A DNA stretch of 64,000 nucleotides. Origin: Phycisphaerae bacterium (lineage in GTDB: Bacteria > Planctomycetota > Phycisphaerae > UBA1845 > Fen-1342). Positions within the stretch are counted from its first letter, which is position 1; every line of letters begins with the position of its first letter. The translations under genes and the position numbers were made by a program. The stretch spans positions 160,001-224,000 of the forward strand of contig CAXXTC010000007.1 of the NCBI GenBank assembly GCA_963666925.2, given 5' to 3'. The notes under the pieces were generated by a model that saw nothing but the letters and a program-made list of their open reading frames with translations, made no database searches and was not told the DNA's origin. Below, piece after piece: positions 20,179 through 32,200 of the stretch.

Positions 20179-21104
20179 CCGGAGCGCGGCGTACAACCCG
20201 ATCGCGGGCGGCCCTGCTGCTGGAAGTGGTGGTGTCGTTCGCGGTGATGACGGGCGCGTTGGGCCTGCTGGCGGCACAACTGGCCAGCGGGATCGACGTG
20301 GCCATCTACGCCGAGGAACAGCTCCGTGCTATGCAACTGGCCGACCAGATTCTCTACCGCTTCGAGCTGGACCTCGAGCTGCAACAGGAGATCGTCGAGG
20401 CCGAGCAGGTCGAGGAGGAGTTCGGCGACGCCTATCCGGGTTGGTTCTGGCGGGTGACTATCGAGGACCTGGAGCGCGACGAGGAGGAGCTCAAGCTGGT
20501 CACGATCCAGGTGTTGTACCAGCGTGATAAGGATTCCCCGGAGCGGATCGACGGCGCCGACGCGATGCGGACGCTGGCGCTGGTTTGGACGGAACAGGCC
20601 CGGCTCAATTTGATCGAGGACGGTGGGTTGAGCGAGGAGCAGGTCGAGCTGCTGCGCCAGACCATTCCGATTCCGGATTTCGATCCGACCGCCGTCAACA
20701 TTCACCAACTTGTCGGGCTGGATCCGGACATGATGTTGCAGTTGCTGCCGATGTTGACGGCCTTGCTGGGCCAGTCGTCGGGTGTGACGGACGCGTTGGG
20801 TCAGTTGGGCGAGGACGGGTTGCCGTCCGGGTGGGATCAGCTTTCTTCCGACCAACAGGCCCAGCTCCAGCAATTGCTCGATCTGCGTGATCAACTGAGC
20901 GGCGAGGGGGGCGGCGAGGAGGATGGTGGGCAGGGTTCGGGTGGCAATGGCCGGAGCGGAGACGTTTCAAGCAAGGACGATACGGATGATGACGGCGAGA
21001 TGACGCTGGAGCCCGGCGGCGGGTCTGGTCCGGACGGACAGTACACGCTCGAGGACCTGATGCGTTTGCGTGACCAGTATCGGCGTAGCCAGGGGGGGCG
21101 CTGA
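20175..21104 (+). CDS. Minor pseudopilin, GspI-like, with acidic C-terminal extension
   Basis: RAALLLEVVVS pilin-like N-terminus; YPGWFWRV; operon position. Confidence 0.72.
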   Translation: MTGARRTTRSRAALLLEVVVSFAVMTGALGLLAAQLASGIDVAIYAEEQLRAMQLADQILYRFELDLELQQEIVEAEQVEEEFGDAYPGWFWRVTIEDLERDEEELKLVTIQVLYQRDKDSPERIDGADAMRTLALVWTEQARLNLIEDGGLSEEQVELLRQTIPIPDFDPTAVNIHQLVGLDPDMMLQLLPMLTALLGQSSGVTDALGQLGEDGLPSGWDQLSSDQQAQLQQLLDLRDQLSGEGGGEEDGGQGSGGNGRSGDVSSKDDTDDDGEMTLEPGGGSGPDGQYTLEDLMRLRDQYRRSQGGR

Positions 21105-21988
21105 TGTCACGCCGGCGACTCCGCGCCATGACTCTGTTCGAGGTGGTGATCTCGATCGCACTGATCGGCATGCTGCTCGGTTCGCTGACGACGTTTTTCC
21201 ACCGCACCCTGACCGCTCGCGAGGAAGTTACCCGCGAGATGGATCGCACGCAGTTGGCGCAGCAGATGTTGCTGCGCATGGCCGACGAGCTGCGCGGCTG
21301 CATCGCTCGCGAGGACCTCGGTTATGAGCTGACGCAGTTTGAGGGCGATCGGCGCAGCATTACGTTCGTGACCTGCCCGTTGCCGCCGACAGAGTCGTAC
21401 GCTTTTTTCCGCCAGTCGGAGTATGCGCCGCCGCCGCGCTATGACCTGCGCGAGGTTACCTACGAGCTTTGGATCGATCCCGACGACGAGACCGACGAGG
21501 GAGATCCGCTGGTAGCGGGCATCCTGCGCACCGAACAGCGCGCGCTGCTGCCCTACGAGACCGAGGAAGATGTGCCCGAGGGTGCGGATCTGGGCTGGCT
21601 GCGCCGCGACTTGTGGGCGCCGGAGCTGGGTTACCTGGAGTTTCGCTACTACGACGGCGTGGAGTGGAGCACGAGCTGGTCCGTCGAGCAGGGCAATCCG
21701 CTGCCGCATCTGGTTCAGATCACGGTCGGGTTCGACTCGCTGCTGCGCGAGGAGCTGGACGACCAGGACCTGGATCAGTACCCGATCGAGGACGAGGACT
21801 ACGAGCTTGGCCCGGACGTACCCGATCCTGACCGCTACAGCCTGATTGTGCGTATTCCCGCGGCCGACGAGATGTTCACCGCCCGGCTATATCGGCTCAG
21901 CAGTGACGTTGACGAGGTTTACGAGTTCATGGGCACCTCGACGGAGAGCGAATCCGACGAGGGTGAGAGTGAGGGGGAGGACTGGTGA
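21104..21988 (+). CDS. Minor pseudopilin, GspJ-like
   Basis: RA/MTLFEVVIS; LEFRYYDGVEWSTSW...LPHLVQIT. Confidence 0.8.
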   Translation: MSRRRLRAMTLFEVVISIALIGMLLGSLTTFFHRTLTAREEVTREMDRTQLAQQMLLRMADELRGCIAREDLGYELTQFEGDRRSITFVTCPLPPTESYAFFRQSEYAPPPRYDLREVTYELWIDPDDETDEGDPLVAGILRTEQRALLPYETEEDVPEGADLGWLRRDLWAPELGYLEFRYYDGVEWSTSWSVEQGNPLPHLVQITVGFDSLLREELDDQDLDQYPIEDEDYELGPDVPDPDRYSLIVRIPAADEMFTARLYRLSSDVDEVYEFMGTSTESESDEGESEGEDW

Positions 21989-23205
21989 TGCGTCTGCGCC
22001 GCCGAGGTCTGGTATTGCCGGTCGTGCTGGTCCTGATCGGGCTGCTCACTCTCATCATGGGCGGATACACGTTTTTCGTGCAGGCGGAATCGTCGGGGAT
22101 CGAGGCTCGCCGCAATGAGCAGCAGGCTCGGCTGACGGCCGAGTCGGCGCTGATCGAGTTGGGCAAGCTGCTGCGTGAATCTCAGGACGATCCGACCGTC
22201 TGGTGGGATGTGCCGGACACATTTCGGCACGTGCTGGTCTGGTCGCCGGATTACATGCGTGACGAGGATCCGGTGAGCAAGATGGGTTCGCGCGAGGATT
22301 TGCTGGGCGAGCCGAACCCGGCGCCGGCCTGGCGCTACAGCATCGTGGCGATGAACATGGACGGCCTGCCGGACACGATGCGTTATGGCATCACGCCCGA
22401 GGCGGGCAAGCTGAACATCAACGCGGCCGAGGAAAGCGAAATCCGCAGCCTGTTTGAAGATGTGCTGATCGACCTGCAACTGGAGAACTGGGGCGAGCTG
22501 GTCGACGCGTTGCTGGACTGGCTGGACGAGGATGACGAGCAACGTTCGCTGGGGGCGGAGAGTGATTACTACAACACGCTCGAACCCGGTTATTACGCCA
22601 AGAACGGCACGCTCGACACGATCGAAGAGCTGTTGATGGTCAAGGGGTTCAGCGCGGCCGTGCTGTATGGGGAGGATGTCAATCGCAACGGCATTCTGGA
22701 TCCGAACGAGGATGATGGGGACGAGACGTTCCCGTTTTATGACAACGGCGACGGGCAGCTCCAGCAGGGGTTGGCACCGTACATCACCGTCTGGTCGCGC
22801 GAGCAGAACGAAGCGGGCGAGACGGTTGCCGGGCTGGTCAACGTGAACACGGCTCCGGTGCGCGTGTTGCAGGCGCTGGAGGGTATGACCCAGTCGGGGG
22901 CCGAGTCGATCGTCGCCTCGCGAGCGGAGCTTGATGGGGAGACGTTGCAGGATTTGCAGTGGGTGGTGGATCAGGGCGCGCTGGACGCGGGCACGTTTTC
23001 GGCGGTACAGGACAAGCTGACGGTCAACGCCAACCAGTTTCACGTGGAGATACTGTCGTATGCCGACCATACCCGGCTCGGTCTGCGCTACGAGTACATC
23101 ATCGAGATGCGCGGGCCCTACGCCCAGGTGGTATACTTCCGGGACCTCACGCGGTTGGGCCTGGCCTGGCCGATTGATGAGGACGATTTCGTAACAACCC
23201 GCTGA
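21985..23205 (+). CDS. gspK: Minor pseudopilin GspK
   Basis: RRG/LVLPVVL; EAGKLNINA, DALLDWLDED, GAESDYY, EELLMVKG, VNVNTAP. Confidence 0.9.
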   Translation: MMRLRRRGLVLPVVLVLIGLLTLIMGGYTFFVQAESSGIEARRNEQQARLTAESALIELGKLLRESQDDPTVWWDVPDTFRHVLVWSPDYMRDEDPVSKMGSREDLLGEPNPAPAWRYSIVAMNMDGLPDTMRYGITPEAGKLNINAAEESEIRSLFEDVLIDLQLENWGELVDALLDWLDEDDEQRSLGAESDYYNTLEPGYYAKNGTLDTIEELLMVKGFSAAVLYGEDVNRNGILDPNEDDGDETFPFYDNGDGQLQQGLAPYITVWSREQNEAGETVAGLVNVNTAPVRVLQALEGMTQSGAESIVASRAELDGETLQDLQWVVDQGALDAGTFSAVQDKLTVNANQFHVEILSYADHTRLGLRYEYIIEMRGPYAQVVYFRDLTRLGLAWPIDEDDFVTTR

Positions 23206-23222
23206 GCGGGCAGGTGCTGCAG

Positions 23223-24815
23223 ATGGCTAGACGCGTATTGTGTCTGGATTGGGACAAACGGTCGTTACGGCTAGTGGTGGCGCGGGTCGGCGGCGGGCGA
23301 ACGGTGCTGGAAGATGCCCATTCGCATCGCCTTCCGAACACGGTCGACGCCGACGATCCTCAGGTCCTGGGTGAGTTCATTCGCCAGATGCTCAAACGGC
23401 ATCGGCTGCACCATCGGCGTGCCGTTGTCGATGTGCCGCGCGAGCGTGCGGTGATCAACCGGCTGGCGCTGCCGCCAACGCCGACGGCTGAAGTTGCGGC
23501 GGCCGTGCGTTTTCAGGCCATGAAGGAGTTGCCCTTCCCGGTGGAGTCCGCCGCCATCGATTACGTAATCATGGAGCGTGACGAGAAGGGGCTCGCGGTC
23601 GAGGTGCTGCTGGCTGCGGTGACCAAGGAAACGCTCGAACGCGTCAAGGCGACCTGCGAGGCGGCGGGACTGGCTCCTGCTCGCATCGGCCTGCGACCCT
23701 ATGCGAATCTTCTCAGCGTGCGCCATGTGCACGACGACCCCGAGCAGCGTGTGCTTATGGTCGACGTCGGCCCCGGCGCTACCGAGATCGACGTCGTCTG
23801 TGGCGACGCGCTGGTGTTCTCGCGTTCGGCGAACGTCAATGTGCCGCTGCCCGCCCGCGACGTTACCGAGCATGACGATTCGAGCGTCATTCCGATGCCC
23901 GACGCCGCTGACCTGGACAGCAGCGACGCGGCCGTCGAGTCGGCCACCGAAGAACTGCTGGTCGAGGTGATGCGGACCTTGCAGGCCTATCGCGCCAGCG
24001 AGTCCGACGCCACGATCGACCACGTCATGGTCGCCGGTGGAACCGGCATCGAGTCGCAGTTTGCCGATCGGCTGAACCAGCGGCTGGGTTACCCGGCGTC
24101 ACTGTTCGATCCGACCGGCCCGCTGGATGTTGACCCTGGTAACGCGCCCAAATTGCGGTCGTTTTCGGCCGCTCTCGGGCTGGCGTGGGGGCTGGGTCGC
24201 GAAGAACTGCTGGCGCTGGATTTCCTCAACCCGAAGCAGCCCGTTTCGGCCCGCGACGTGTTACGCCGGCGCCTGCGGATGGCCGGCTTGGCGGCGGTGC
24301 TGGTGCTGGTGGCGACGGGCGGCACAATTATCAAGTTCTACCAGGATCGGGCCGGTCGCCTGGCGGCGATTACCGACAAAAACAACGAGTTGTGGGAGGA
24401 CGTCAAGGCCCGGACTGAGGTTGCCAATCGGGTCAGCGAAGCCGAGGAGTGGGCGGTCGAGGTGGTCTGGCCGGAGGAATTGCTGACGCTGACGCAATTG
24501 GCTCTGGACCCGGGTCAGCGCATGCTGGTGCAGGAGGTGGCGTTCGACATCGCCTCGCGCAACCCGGGAATCACGTTACGAAAGGTATACGTTGAGGATT
24601 GGGAGGTGCCGACCGATTTTGTCAAGAGTCTGGCGAAGCTGACGGTCGACGGCACGCATCCCTACGAGGCGCGGCAGGAAACCTGGAACCCCGTGGAGGG
24701 GGCCCGGTTTCATGGTAGCACGGATATTCATATTGGGTTGCGCGAGTTGCGCGAGTATCGCGAGAACGCGAAACAGCGCATCAAGGAGCGGCGCGCGCTG
24801 CTCCGCAATCCCTGA
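23223..24815 (+). CDS. PilM-like actin-fold domain fused to TM plus PilN-like domain (GspL architecture)
   Basis: LCLDW, ELPFP..AIDY, VDVG...T, VAGG, LGLA, then a TM helix and periplasmic domain. Confidence 0.8.
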   Translation: MARRVLCLDWDKRSLRLVVARVGGGRTVLEDAHSHRLPNTVDADDPQVLGEFIRQMLKRHRLHHRRAVVDVPRERAVINRLALPPTPTAEVAAAVRFQAMKELPFPVESAAIDYVIMERDEKGLAVEVLLAAVTKETLERVKATCEAAGLAPARIGLRPYANLLSVRHVHDDPEQRVLMVDVGPGATEIDVVCGDALVFSRSANVNVPLPARDVTEHDDSSVIPMPDAADLDSSDAAVESATEELLVEVMRTLQAYRASESDATIDHVMVAGGTGIESQFADRLNQRLGYPASLFDPTGPLDVDPGNAPKLRSFSAALGLAWGLGREELLALDFLNPKQPVSARDVLRRRLRMAGLAAVLVLVATGGTIIKFYQDRAGRLAAITDKNNELWEDVKARTEVANRVSEAEEWAVEVVWPEELLTLTQLALDPGQRMLVQEVAFDIASRNPGITLRKVYVEDWEVPTDFVKSLAKLTVDGTHPYEARQETWNPVEGARFHGSTDIHIGLRELREYRENAKQRIKERRALLRNP

Positions 24816-24844
24816 GCATACGCCCGGCGCAATGGAGCGCACTG

Positions 24845-26020
24845 ATGACCGGACGTGAAAGAGTATTGGGACTGTGCCTGGCTGGGGCCGTTGGCGGCTT
24901 TGGCCTCGTGAAGGTCGCCGAGTGGACGGTTGTGAAGCCGTTCAAAGACGTCGATACGCAAATCAAACAGGCCCAGAGTCGGCAATCCAAGCTGAAGAAA
25001 CGTCTCAAAGGGCTGAGCGACATCGAAGAGCGCTGGCAGGGCATGACCCAGCGCACGCTGTCGCGTGATCCGCAGGAAGCCCAACGCCGCTTCCGCGAGG
25101 ATATGCACGAATTGCTTGAGCGGCATGGCCTGGACGAGCCGAAGGTCACGCCCGGCAATTTTGTTGCTCGCAAGAATGATTTTGTTGATGTGCCGCTTAA
25201 TATCCGCGCGGCAGGCACGTTGCGCGAGATCGTCGGCTTTTTGACGGACTTCTATCGGCGTGATTACCTGGCCCGGATCGACAAGGTCACGATTGCCGCG
25301 GACCAGGGTGTGATCAACAGCGTCAACAATCCGCGGCACGGCGGCGGCGGTCGGCGTGGGCGTGGGTCGCGCGAGCGCGGCACGAGCATCGGTCCGGAGG
25401 GGCCGACGTTGCGCTTCAGTGTGTCGGCCGTGACGGTCGTGTTGCCCGATGTGAAAGACGTGGAGCACCTGATTCTGGACGAGATTACGGAGCAGGATCG
25501 TGGTCGGCTGGTTCGGGCGCCGGAAGAGTACACGGAGATATTCGACACGAATATCTTCAAGCCCTACGAGCCGCCGCGGCGGGTTGTGCAGCAGCCCCAA
25601 CCGCAGCCGGAGGAGGAGGAAGAGGAACCGGTCGCAGCAGCGCCGCCCGATCCGACACCTCCGCCGCCGCCCCCGCCTCCTCCTCCGCCCGACTGGCTGG
25701 TTCTGGTGGGTGTGACGGCTGATGACGCTGGCCGCAAGGCCTATGTGCTCGACGAGCGTGAGGCGATGCGCCCGCCGGCCGAGTATTGCGAGAATGCTGA
25801 GGTGGAGGGTGGTGTTCTGCTGCTGATCCACCGTCGCGGCATGGTTATCAGAACCAACGAGGGTGGTACGGTGCGGGACTATTTCTACCCGCTTGGGGCG
25901 AGTTTTGCGGAGCGGGAAGAGCTGGATCCGGAGTGGCATCCTGAGGTCTGGCGGGCGTTGGAGGAGGAGTTTGTCGACTGGGCCAGCCCGGGGGTTGCGG
26001 GGGTTGCCCGCTCAGACTAG
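24845..26020 (+). CDS. PilO/GspM-like protein with poly-Pro linker and possible GspC-like C-terminal domain
   Basis: MTGRERVL plus TM, coiled coil, GTLREIVGFL..F, NIFKPY, poly-P. Confidence 0.65.
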   Translation: MTGRERVLGLCLAGAVGGFGLVKVAEWTVVKPFKDVDTQIKQAQSRQSKLKKRLKGLSDIEERWQGMTQRTLSRDPQEAQRRFREDMHELLERHGLDEPKVTPGNFVARKNDFVDVPLNIRAAGTLREIVGFLTDFYRRDYLARIDKVTIAADQGVINSVNNPRHGGGGRRGRGSRERGTSIGPEGPTLRFSVSAVTVVLPDVKDVEHLILDEITEQDRGRLVRAPEEYTEIFDTNIFKPYEPPRRVVQQPQPQPEEEEEEPVAAAPPDPTPPPPPPPPPPPDWLVLVGVTADDAGRKAYVLDEREAMRPPAEYCENAEVEGGVLLLIHRRGMVIRTNEGGTVRDYFYPLGASFAEREELDPEWHPEVWRALEEEFVDWASPGVAGVARSD

Positions 26021-26296
26021 CTAAGTGGCCGATTGGGCTGACTTTGCGTCTCCGACAAAGTGGCAGAATCGGTTGTTTTCGGACTGCCACCCCAGGGGGT
26101 TTTCAGTGTATAAATAGCGGACCTGGCCAGGGCTGGAGCGGGGTTGTCGTCCAGCCCGGTCGGGAGCCGTTCTGACGGAGCAAGCGGCGGACCTGTCGAG
26201 CACTGGGGCCGACCGGCGCGGCGGCTCCGCAAGATTCAGAAGTAATGCGAGTCCGACCAGCGGGCTTGCTGCTGTAACTCCACACGAGGTGAGAGC

Positions 26297-29200
26297 ATGA
26301 CGCGAGGGATTCTCCAGCGCGGGCTTGGAACCCTGACGGTCTTTGTATTGCTCGGATGGGCAGCGGACGCGACGTGGGCGCAGGACGCACCGGTGTCAAA
26401 GTCCGATAGCCTTCGGGCCGAACAACCGCCGACTACCCAGCCCACCGATCTCGACGACACCGAGTCGCTGCGCGCGCTGATTCAGCGTCGGGCCGAGGAG
26501 GCGCGTCGTCGCCACGAGCAGGAGCAGGCTGAGCGGGATGCCAATCCGGCCCCGCGCCGCTCGCGTCCCACGATGCAGGACGCGCACAAGCGCGATCAGT
26601 CGCCAGCGCAACCGGCGGAGTTGCCGTCGGCGCCGGCGAAGTCGGAATCGGCCGGTGCCGATCGGCGGGCTGCTCCGCGCAGTCAGGCTGCGCCTCCGAA
26701 GAGTGACGAGCAACGCCTCAGCGATGTCCCGGCCGATTTCGTTGGCCCGCCGAGTTTTCTCTCTTCTGGCGCGGACGCGCCCGCCGGCGCGGCCCCCACG
26801 CCGCCGCAACTCCGTGATCGTTCGCAGCGCCAGCGTGGTGGTGCGCCGCGCGCAGACGTGCCGCCGGCCGGTGAGGCGGGCGAAGCGGGCGTCGATGTGC
26901 CCGAGCGCCGTACTCAGGCTGACGGCGACGAGTACTGGTTCAACTTCGAGGACATGCCGTGGGAAGATGTGATCATGGTCTTCGTCGAGCGGCTGGGTAA
27001 GCCGCTCATGACGAGCGAGGGAGACCTGATCATCGGCGGGACGTTGACGTACGTCACGGAGCGCGAGTTCACCAAGGAAGAGGCGATCGATGAGCTGAAC
27101 CTGATCATGCAGGAGAAGGGCTATCGCTTCGTCGAGCAGGAACATCACATCCGGGTGATCCCGACCGCGGAGATGCCGCAGTGGGTTCCGGTTTCGGAGA
27201 CGTTCCCGTCGGTGGCGGCGTTCGAGGAAGCCAATCCGCGCGACATGGACTACGTCACGGTCTATTACCAGGTCGAGGACGTTTCGGCCGACGTGTACGT
27301 TGACGCGTTCAACGACGTGATGCCGATCTACGCCCGGCTGTCGAGCCTGGACGACAGCAACCAGATCAAGATGGTTGCGCTGGCCCGGGACATTCGCAAG
27401 TTCCTGGCGCTCAAGGACCTCATCGATATTTCGCCGCGCGACCCACGCGAGCTGCGCATTTTCGACATCAAGACGAACGCGCGTGACATCGAGCGACTGC
27501 TGCGTGACTTCCTCGACCTGAGCAGCGGTCGCATCCAGATGGTGCGTGATCCGAAGACCAAGCGCATGGTGCCGCAGCGCACTGCTGGCAGCAGCAGCAC
27601 CCAGGACGTGCAGATGGTCGCGGACGAGCGGACCAACTCGATCATCGTCAAGGCGAACAGGGATCGGCTTGAGGAGATCGCCCAACTGATCGAGCAGTTT
27701 GATCAGAAGCCGGACCTGGGCGAGTTTGGCACGCACGTGATCGAGGTGCAGCACGCCGACGCGACCGAGGTGGCCAACCTGCTGAACCAGATCTTCCAGC
27801 AGGAGCAGGGGCAGTCGCGTACGCCGGCCTGGCAGCGGATCCAGCAGATCCGGCAGCGCACGCAGCGCGGGCGCAATACGCGGCGACAGCCGGCGCGGCG
27901 GACGCAGGTCAAGACCGACACGACTACGCCGCAGGACATTCTGGCGGAGGGCATCTTCGAGCGTGCCAAGAAGACCATCCGGCTGGTGGCCGATTCGCGT
28001 ATGAATGCGCTGATCGTGTACGCCAACGAGGAAGGTATGCAGCGTGTGCGCGAGTTGCTCGAAGTGCTCGACAAGCCGCAGGTCGACAACTTCCGGACGA
28101 TCGAGCTTCAGGAGGCCGACGTTGCGGACGTGGCCCCGATGCTTTCGCAGATCGTCGGCGAGATGGGCAAGACGACGGTACGCGGGCGCGGCAACGCGCC
28201 GGAGATCGTTCCGGACGAGTCCCGCAACGTCCTGTACGTCTTCGCGGAGCGCGACGAGATGCAGCGCATCGAGATGCTGGTCGCGCAGCTCGACGTGCCC
28301 GGGCCTGAGGAAGAGCGTCACATAATCGAGTTGGAGAACCTGCGTCCGAGCCAGGTGGCTCAGATGGTGCAGACGTTGCTGGCCGACGGGAGCGGTAGCA
28401 GCGGCGCGTCGCGCAGTGCGGCGCGGCGCAACATCCGCGGCCGGTTGCGCGGCGGGCGCACGTCTGGTGGGGCGGTTGCGAGAAGCGGCCAGGATTACCA
28501 GGTGATTCCGCTGGACGAGGCCCAGATCCTGATCGTGATCTGTGCGGATGACGACTGGCAGAAGATCGACGAGACGGTAAAGCTGTGGGATAGCCGGGCG
28601 ACCACCAATACGCCCCGGCTGGCGACGTTCACGATCGAGAAGGCGGATGCGGACACGATTGCCGCGACGCTTAGCAATCTGTACCGCTCGTATCAGCATC
28701 CGGTGTTTGGCCGCGTGCCGGTGTATATCCAATCCGAGGGCAACCGCCTGCTGGTCTACAGCATTCAGCCGGCGATTGACGAGATCAGTGCTCTGATCGA
28801 GGGTCTGGACGTCGAGGGGATGCAGGACCAGGTTGAAATTCTGCCGCTGGTGCACGCCGACGCGAGCACGGTTGCGCAGCAGGTGCAGAGCATGGTGGGG
28901 GGGCAGCTCATGAGTCGCGGTCGCGGTCGCGGCGGCGTGCTGTCGGGCCCGATGATCCAGGCTGAGGCGGTGACCAATTCGCTGATCGTGCAGGCGGACG
29001 CGAAGGATATGGAACGTGTTCGCGAGTTGGCCATGCGTCTGGACCAGGCGGTCGGGGCGCAGGCGCCGGCGCGTGAGTTTCTCACGCCGCGGTATGCCGA
29101 CCCGCGCCAGGTGGCCCAGGCCATCTCGCAGGTGTTTGGCAGCAGTGGTGGCGGGCGGCGCGGCCGCGTGCCGACCGGGTCAGCGGTGTCGGCGCTGGCG

Positions 29201-32200
29201 GTGGGGGCGCAGGTGATCGTCGAAGCGCCGGAAGACAAGCTGCCCGAGATCCGCACGTTCTTCAATCAGCTTGATGATCCCAAGGGTCAGGAAATCGTCA
29301 TCAAGACGGTCAAGATCCAGGGTGCGGACGTGGTGCAGATTGCCCGCAAGTTGTCGACGGCGTTCCGCCAGAAGCGCAACTCGACGGCGGTTTTCGATGC
29401 TGACCCGACCAGCGAGACGATCCTGCTGACGTGCAGCAAGGACGTGCAGGAGCAGGCTGAGCAGCTCATCGCCGAGTATGCCGAGGCGACGCGCGAGCTG
29501 GTCAGCACGGTCGAGTTTTATCAGATGTCCTATGCGCAGGCTCAGGACGCCTCGCGCTGGTTGCAGGAGCAGCTTCTCGCGTCGGCGGAGAAGACGCTGG
29601 GGCGCAACGCCGCCCGGCAGATTCGCGTCAGTGCCGACACGCGCACCAACCGGGTGATCATCAACGGCCCGCAGCTCGCGGTGGAGCAGGGCAAGTCGAT
29701 GCTCGAGCAGTATGACGTCGAGGTTACCCAGGTGGTGATCTCGCCGTTGCAGACCGAAGCCCGCAAGCTGCCCGGGCTGGATGTGCGCTCGCTGGCCAAC
29801 AGCCTCAACCAGACTTTCGGGAGGGAGCCGGCGCGGCCCGATCGGCTGCGGGCGACGTTCAACTACGACGCGATCACCGAGATGCTGATCATCAACGCGC
29901 CGAAGGACATGTACGATCGCATCAACTCTCTGATCGAGACCTTTGCGGCGGAGACGGCGGACCTGACCCCGGAGCAGGAGTTCATCGCGGTCAAGGAAGC
30001 GGACGCCAATTACGTTGCCAACCAGGTGCGCAGCATTCTCCAGCAGCGCATCACCGGGCGGCGCGGGCGCGACGCGGCTCAGAAGGTTAGCATCACGGTC
30101 GACACGCGGTTGAACCGGGTGATCGTCAACGCCCCGCAGTTCGCCATTGATATGGCCAAGGCGCTGATCGCCGAGCTGGACCAGCCGCCGATCGTCGAGA
30201 GCCAGTTGCAGACCATCGCGCTGGAGAATGCCGACGCCGGCACGGTTAACAACGTCCTGCGGCAGATCTTCAGCGAGAAGATCCGTGCCCGGACATTGCA
30301 GATCAGTGCCGAGCCGATGACCAACTCGCTGATCGTCGGCGGCACCAAGGAAGACTTCGAGGATATCGAGAAGTGGGCCCGGGAGCTGGACGAGCAGGCC
30401 ATCAGCAAACGCGGCAAGCTGGAAATCGTCGAGCTGCTTAACGCCAACCCGTGGGAAGTCAGCAACATTCTCAACGCGCAGTACGGCGGCGGGGGACGTG
30501 GTCGGCGGCAGAAGCTGGGCCAGGAGTACCGCTTCGATATCGTGGCCGGCCGCAGCATCGTTGCTCAGGCCCCCGAAAGCAAGATGCCCGAGATTCTCGA
30601 GTTGATCGATCGCCTGGATAAGGTCGGCGTCGACAAGGTCGAGGTGCGGACCTATGAGCTGTCCGGCATCGGTGACGGGATCCACGAGCTGGCCCGCCAG
30701 GTAACCAATGCCGTCAACAGTCAGCAGGAGGCCCGCGAGCGGCGCATCACCATCACGCCCTACCCGGCCGCCGACACGCTGATCGTGACGGCCCGGACCG
30801 ATCAGTTCGCCGAGATCGAGGAGATGATGGACCGGTTCAAGTCGATGGTCGAAAAAGAGACCACCGTCATGAAGATGGTCTCGTTGCAGCATCTCGACGC
30901 GGGCCAGTATGCCGGCCACATTCAGAGCATGCTGGCCAACAAGATTAATCGCGCCGGGCGCGGCAGCCGGGCGTTGCAAACGCTCCAGATCATCCCGGAT
31001 CAGCGCACCAATCGCTTGATCTGTTACTTGCCGGAGAAAATCCTGCCCGATCTGGATCAGATCATTGAGCAGCTTGACGTTGAGGCGACGGATTATGAGG
31101 GCAAGCTGCGTACCATCGAGCTGTCCTACGCCGACGCCAATACGGTGGCGAACATCCTGCGGCCGATGTTCGAGCAGCAGCGCAACGCGCGCCGCGGCCA
31201 GGATATCTCGCAGATCGTCGTGCGTATCCAGCCGGAACCGATCACCAACTCGCTGATCGTGACGGCCTCTGACCAGGACTTTGAGGAGATCCGGGAACGG
31301 GCCATGTGGATCGACGAGAACTCGATCCTCAAGAAGGCCGAACCTGAGCTGATCGACCTCGCGTTCGCCGATCCGAACCAGGTGGCCCAGGTGGTGCAGA
31401 ATACGTTCCGCACGGAGGGTGGCTGGGGGCGCACGCGTGATCCGCAGCGTGACGTTTCCGCGACGGTGGTCGGGGCGAGCATTCTGGTGCAGGCGCCGAA
31501 AGACCGGATAGAGGAAGTGCGAGCGCTGATCGCCAAACTCGACGTGCTCGGCACGGACGAGAAGCCGGTGACCATCGCGCTCGATTACGCCGACGCGAAC
31601 CAGATGGTGCAGATGATCAACACCATGTTCGGCAGCAGCGGTCGGCGCCGCGGCCAGCAGCAGAACGTCCAGGCGACGGTCAGTAATGGTCTGGTGGTTG
31701 TCAAGGCTCCGAAGCAGACCATGCAGGAGATTCAGGAACTGGTTGAAGCGGTCGACACGCCCGATCCCGGCGGCATTCAGGTGCGTACCTTTGACTTGAA
31801 GGTGCTCAACGCGACACAGGTGATGGCGGCGGTGCAGGTTTTCCTGCGCGATGTGAAGCGCTCCAGCCGGCCGGGCCAGCTTTCGCCCGGCGCCTTTGCC
31901 GAGCCGACCACCAACACGCTGGTGGTCATCGCCCCGGGCGAGCAGATGCCGTTCATCGAGACGCTCATTTTGGACCTGGAGAAGAAGACGCCGAAGGCCA
32001 GTCAGGCCGAGGCTTACGTGCTCAAGCACGTGCGGGCCGAGCAGATCGCCGGCAACATCGATGCGATGCTGCGGGCCAAGGTGATGGAGCGTGAAGGTGC
32101 CAAGCGCGGCACGATTCAGACGCTCGTTACGGCCGACGCCGCTTCAAATCGGCTGCTGGTTTACGCGCCGGATGATTACCAGGAGCTGGCCGCCCGGCTG

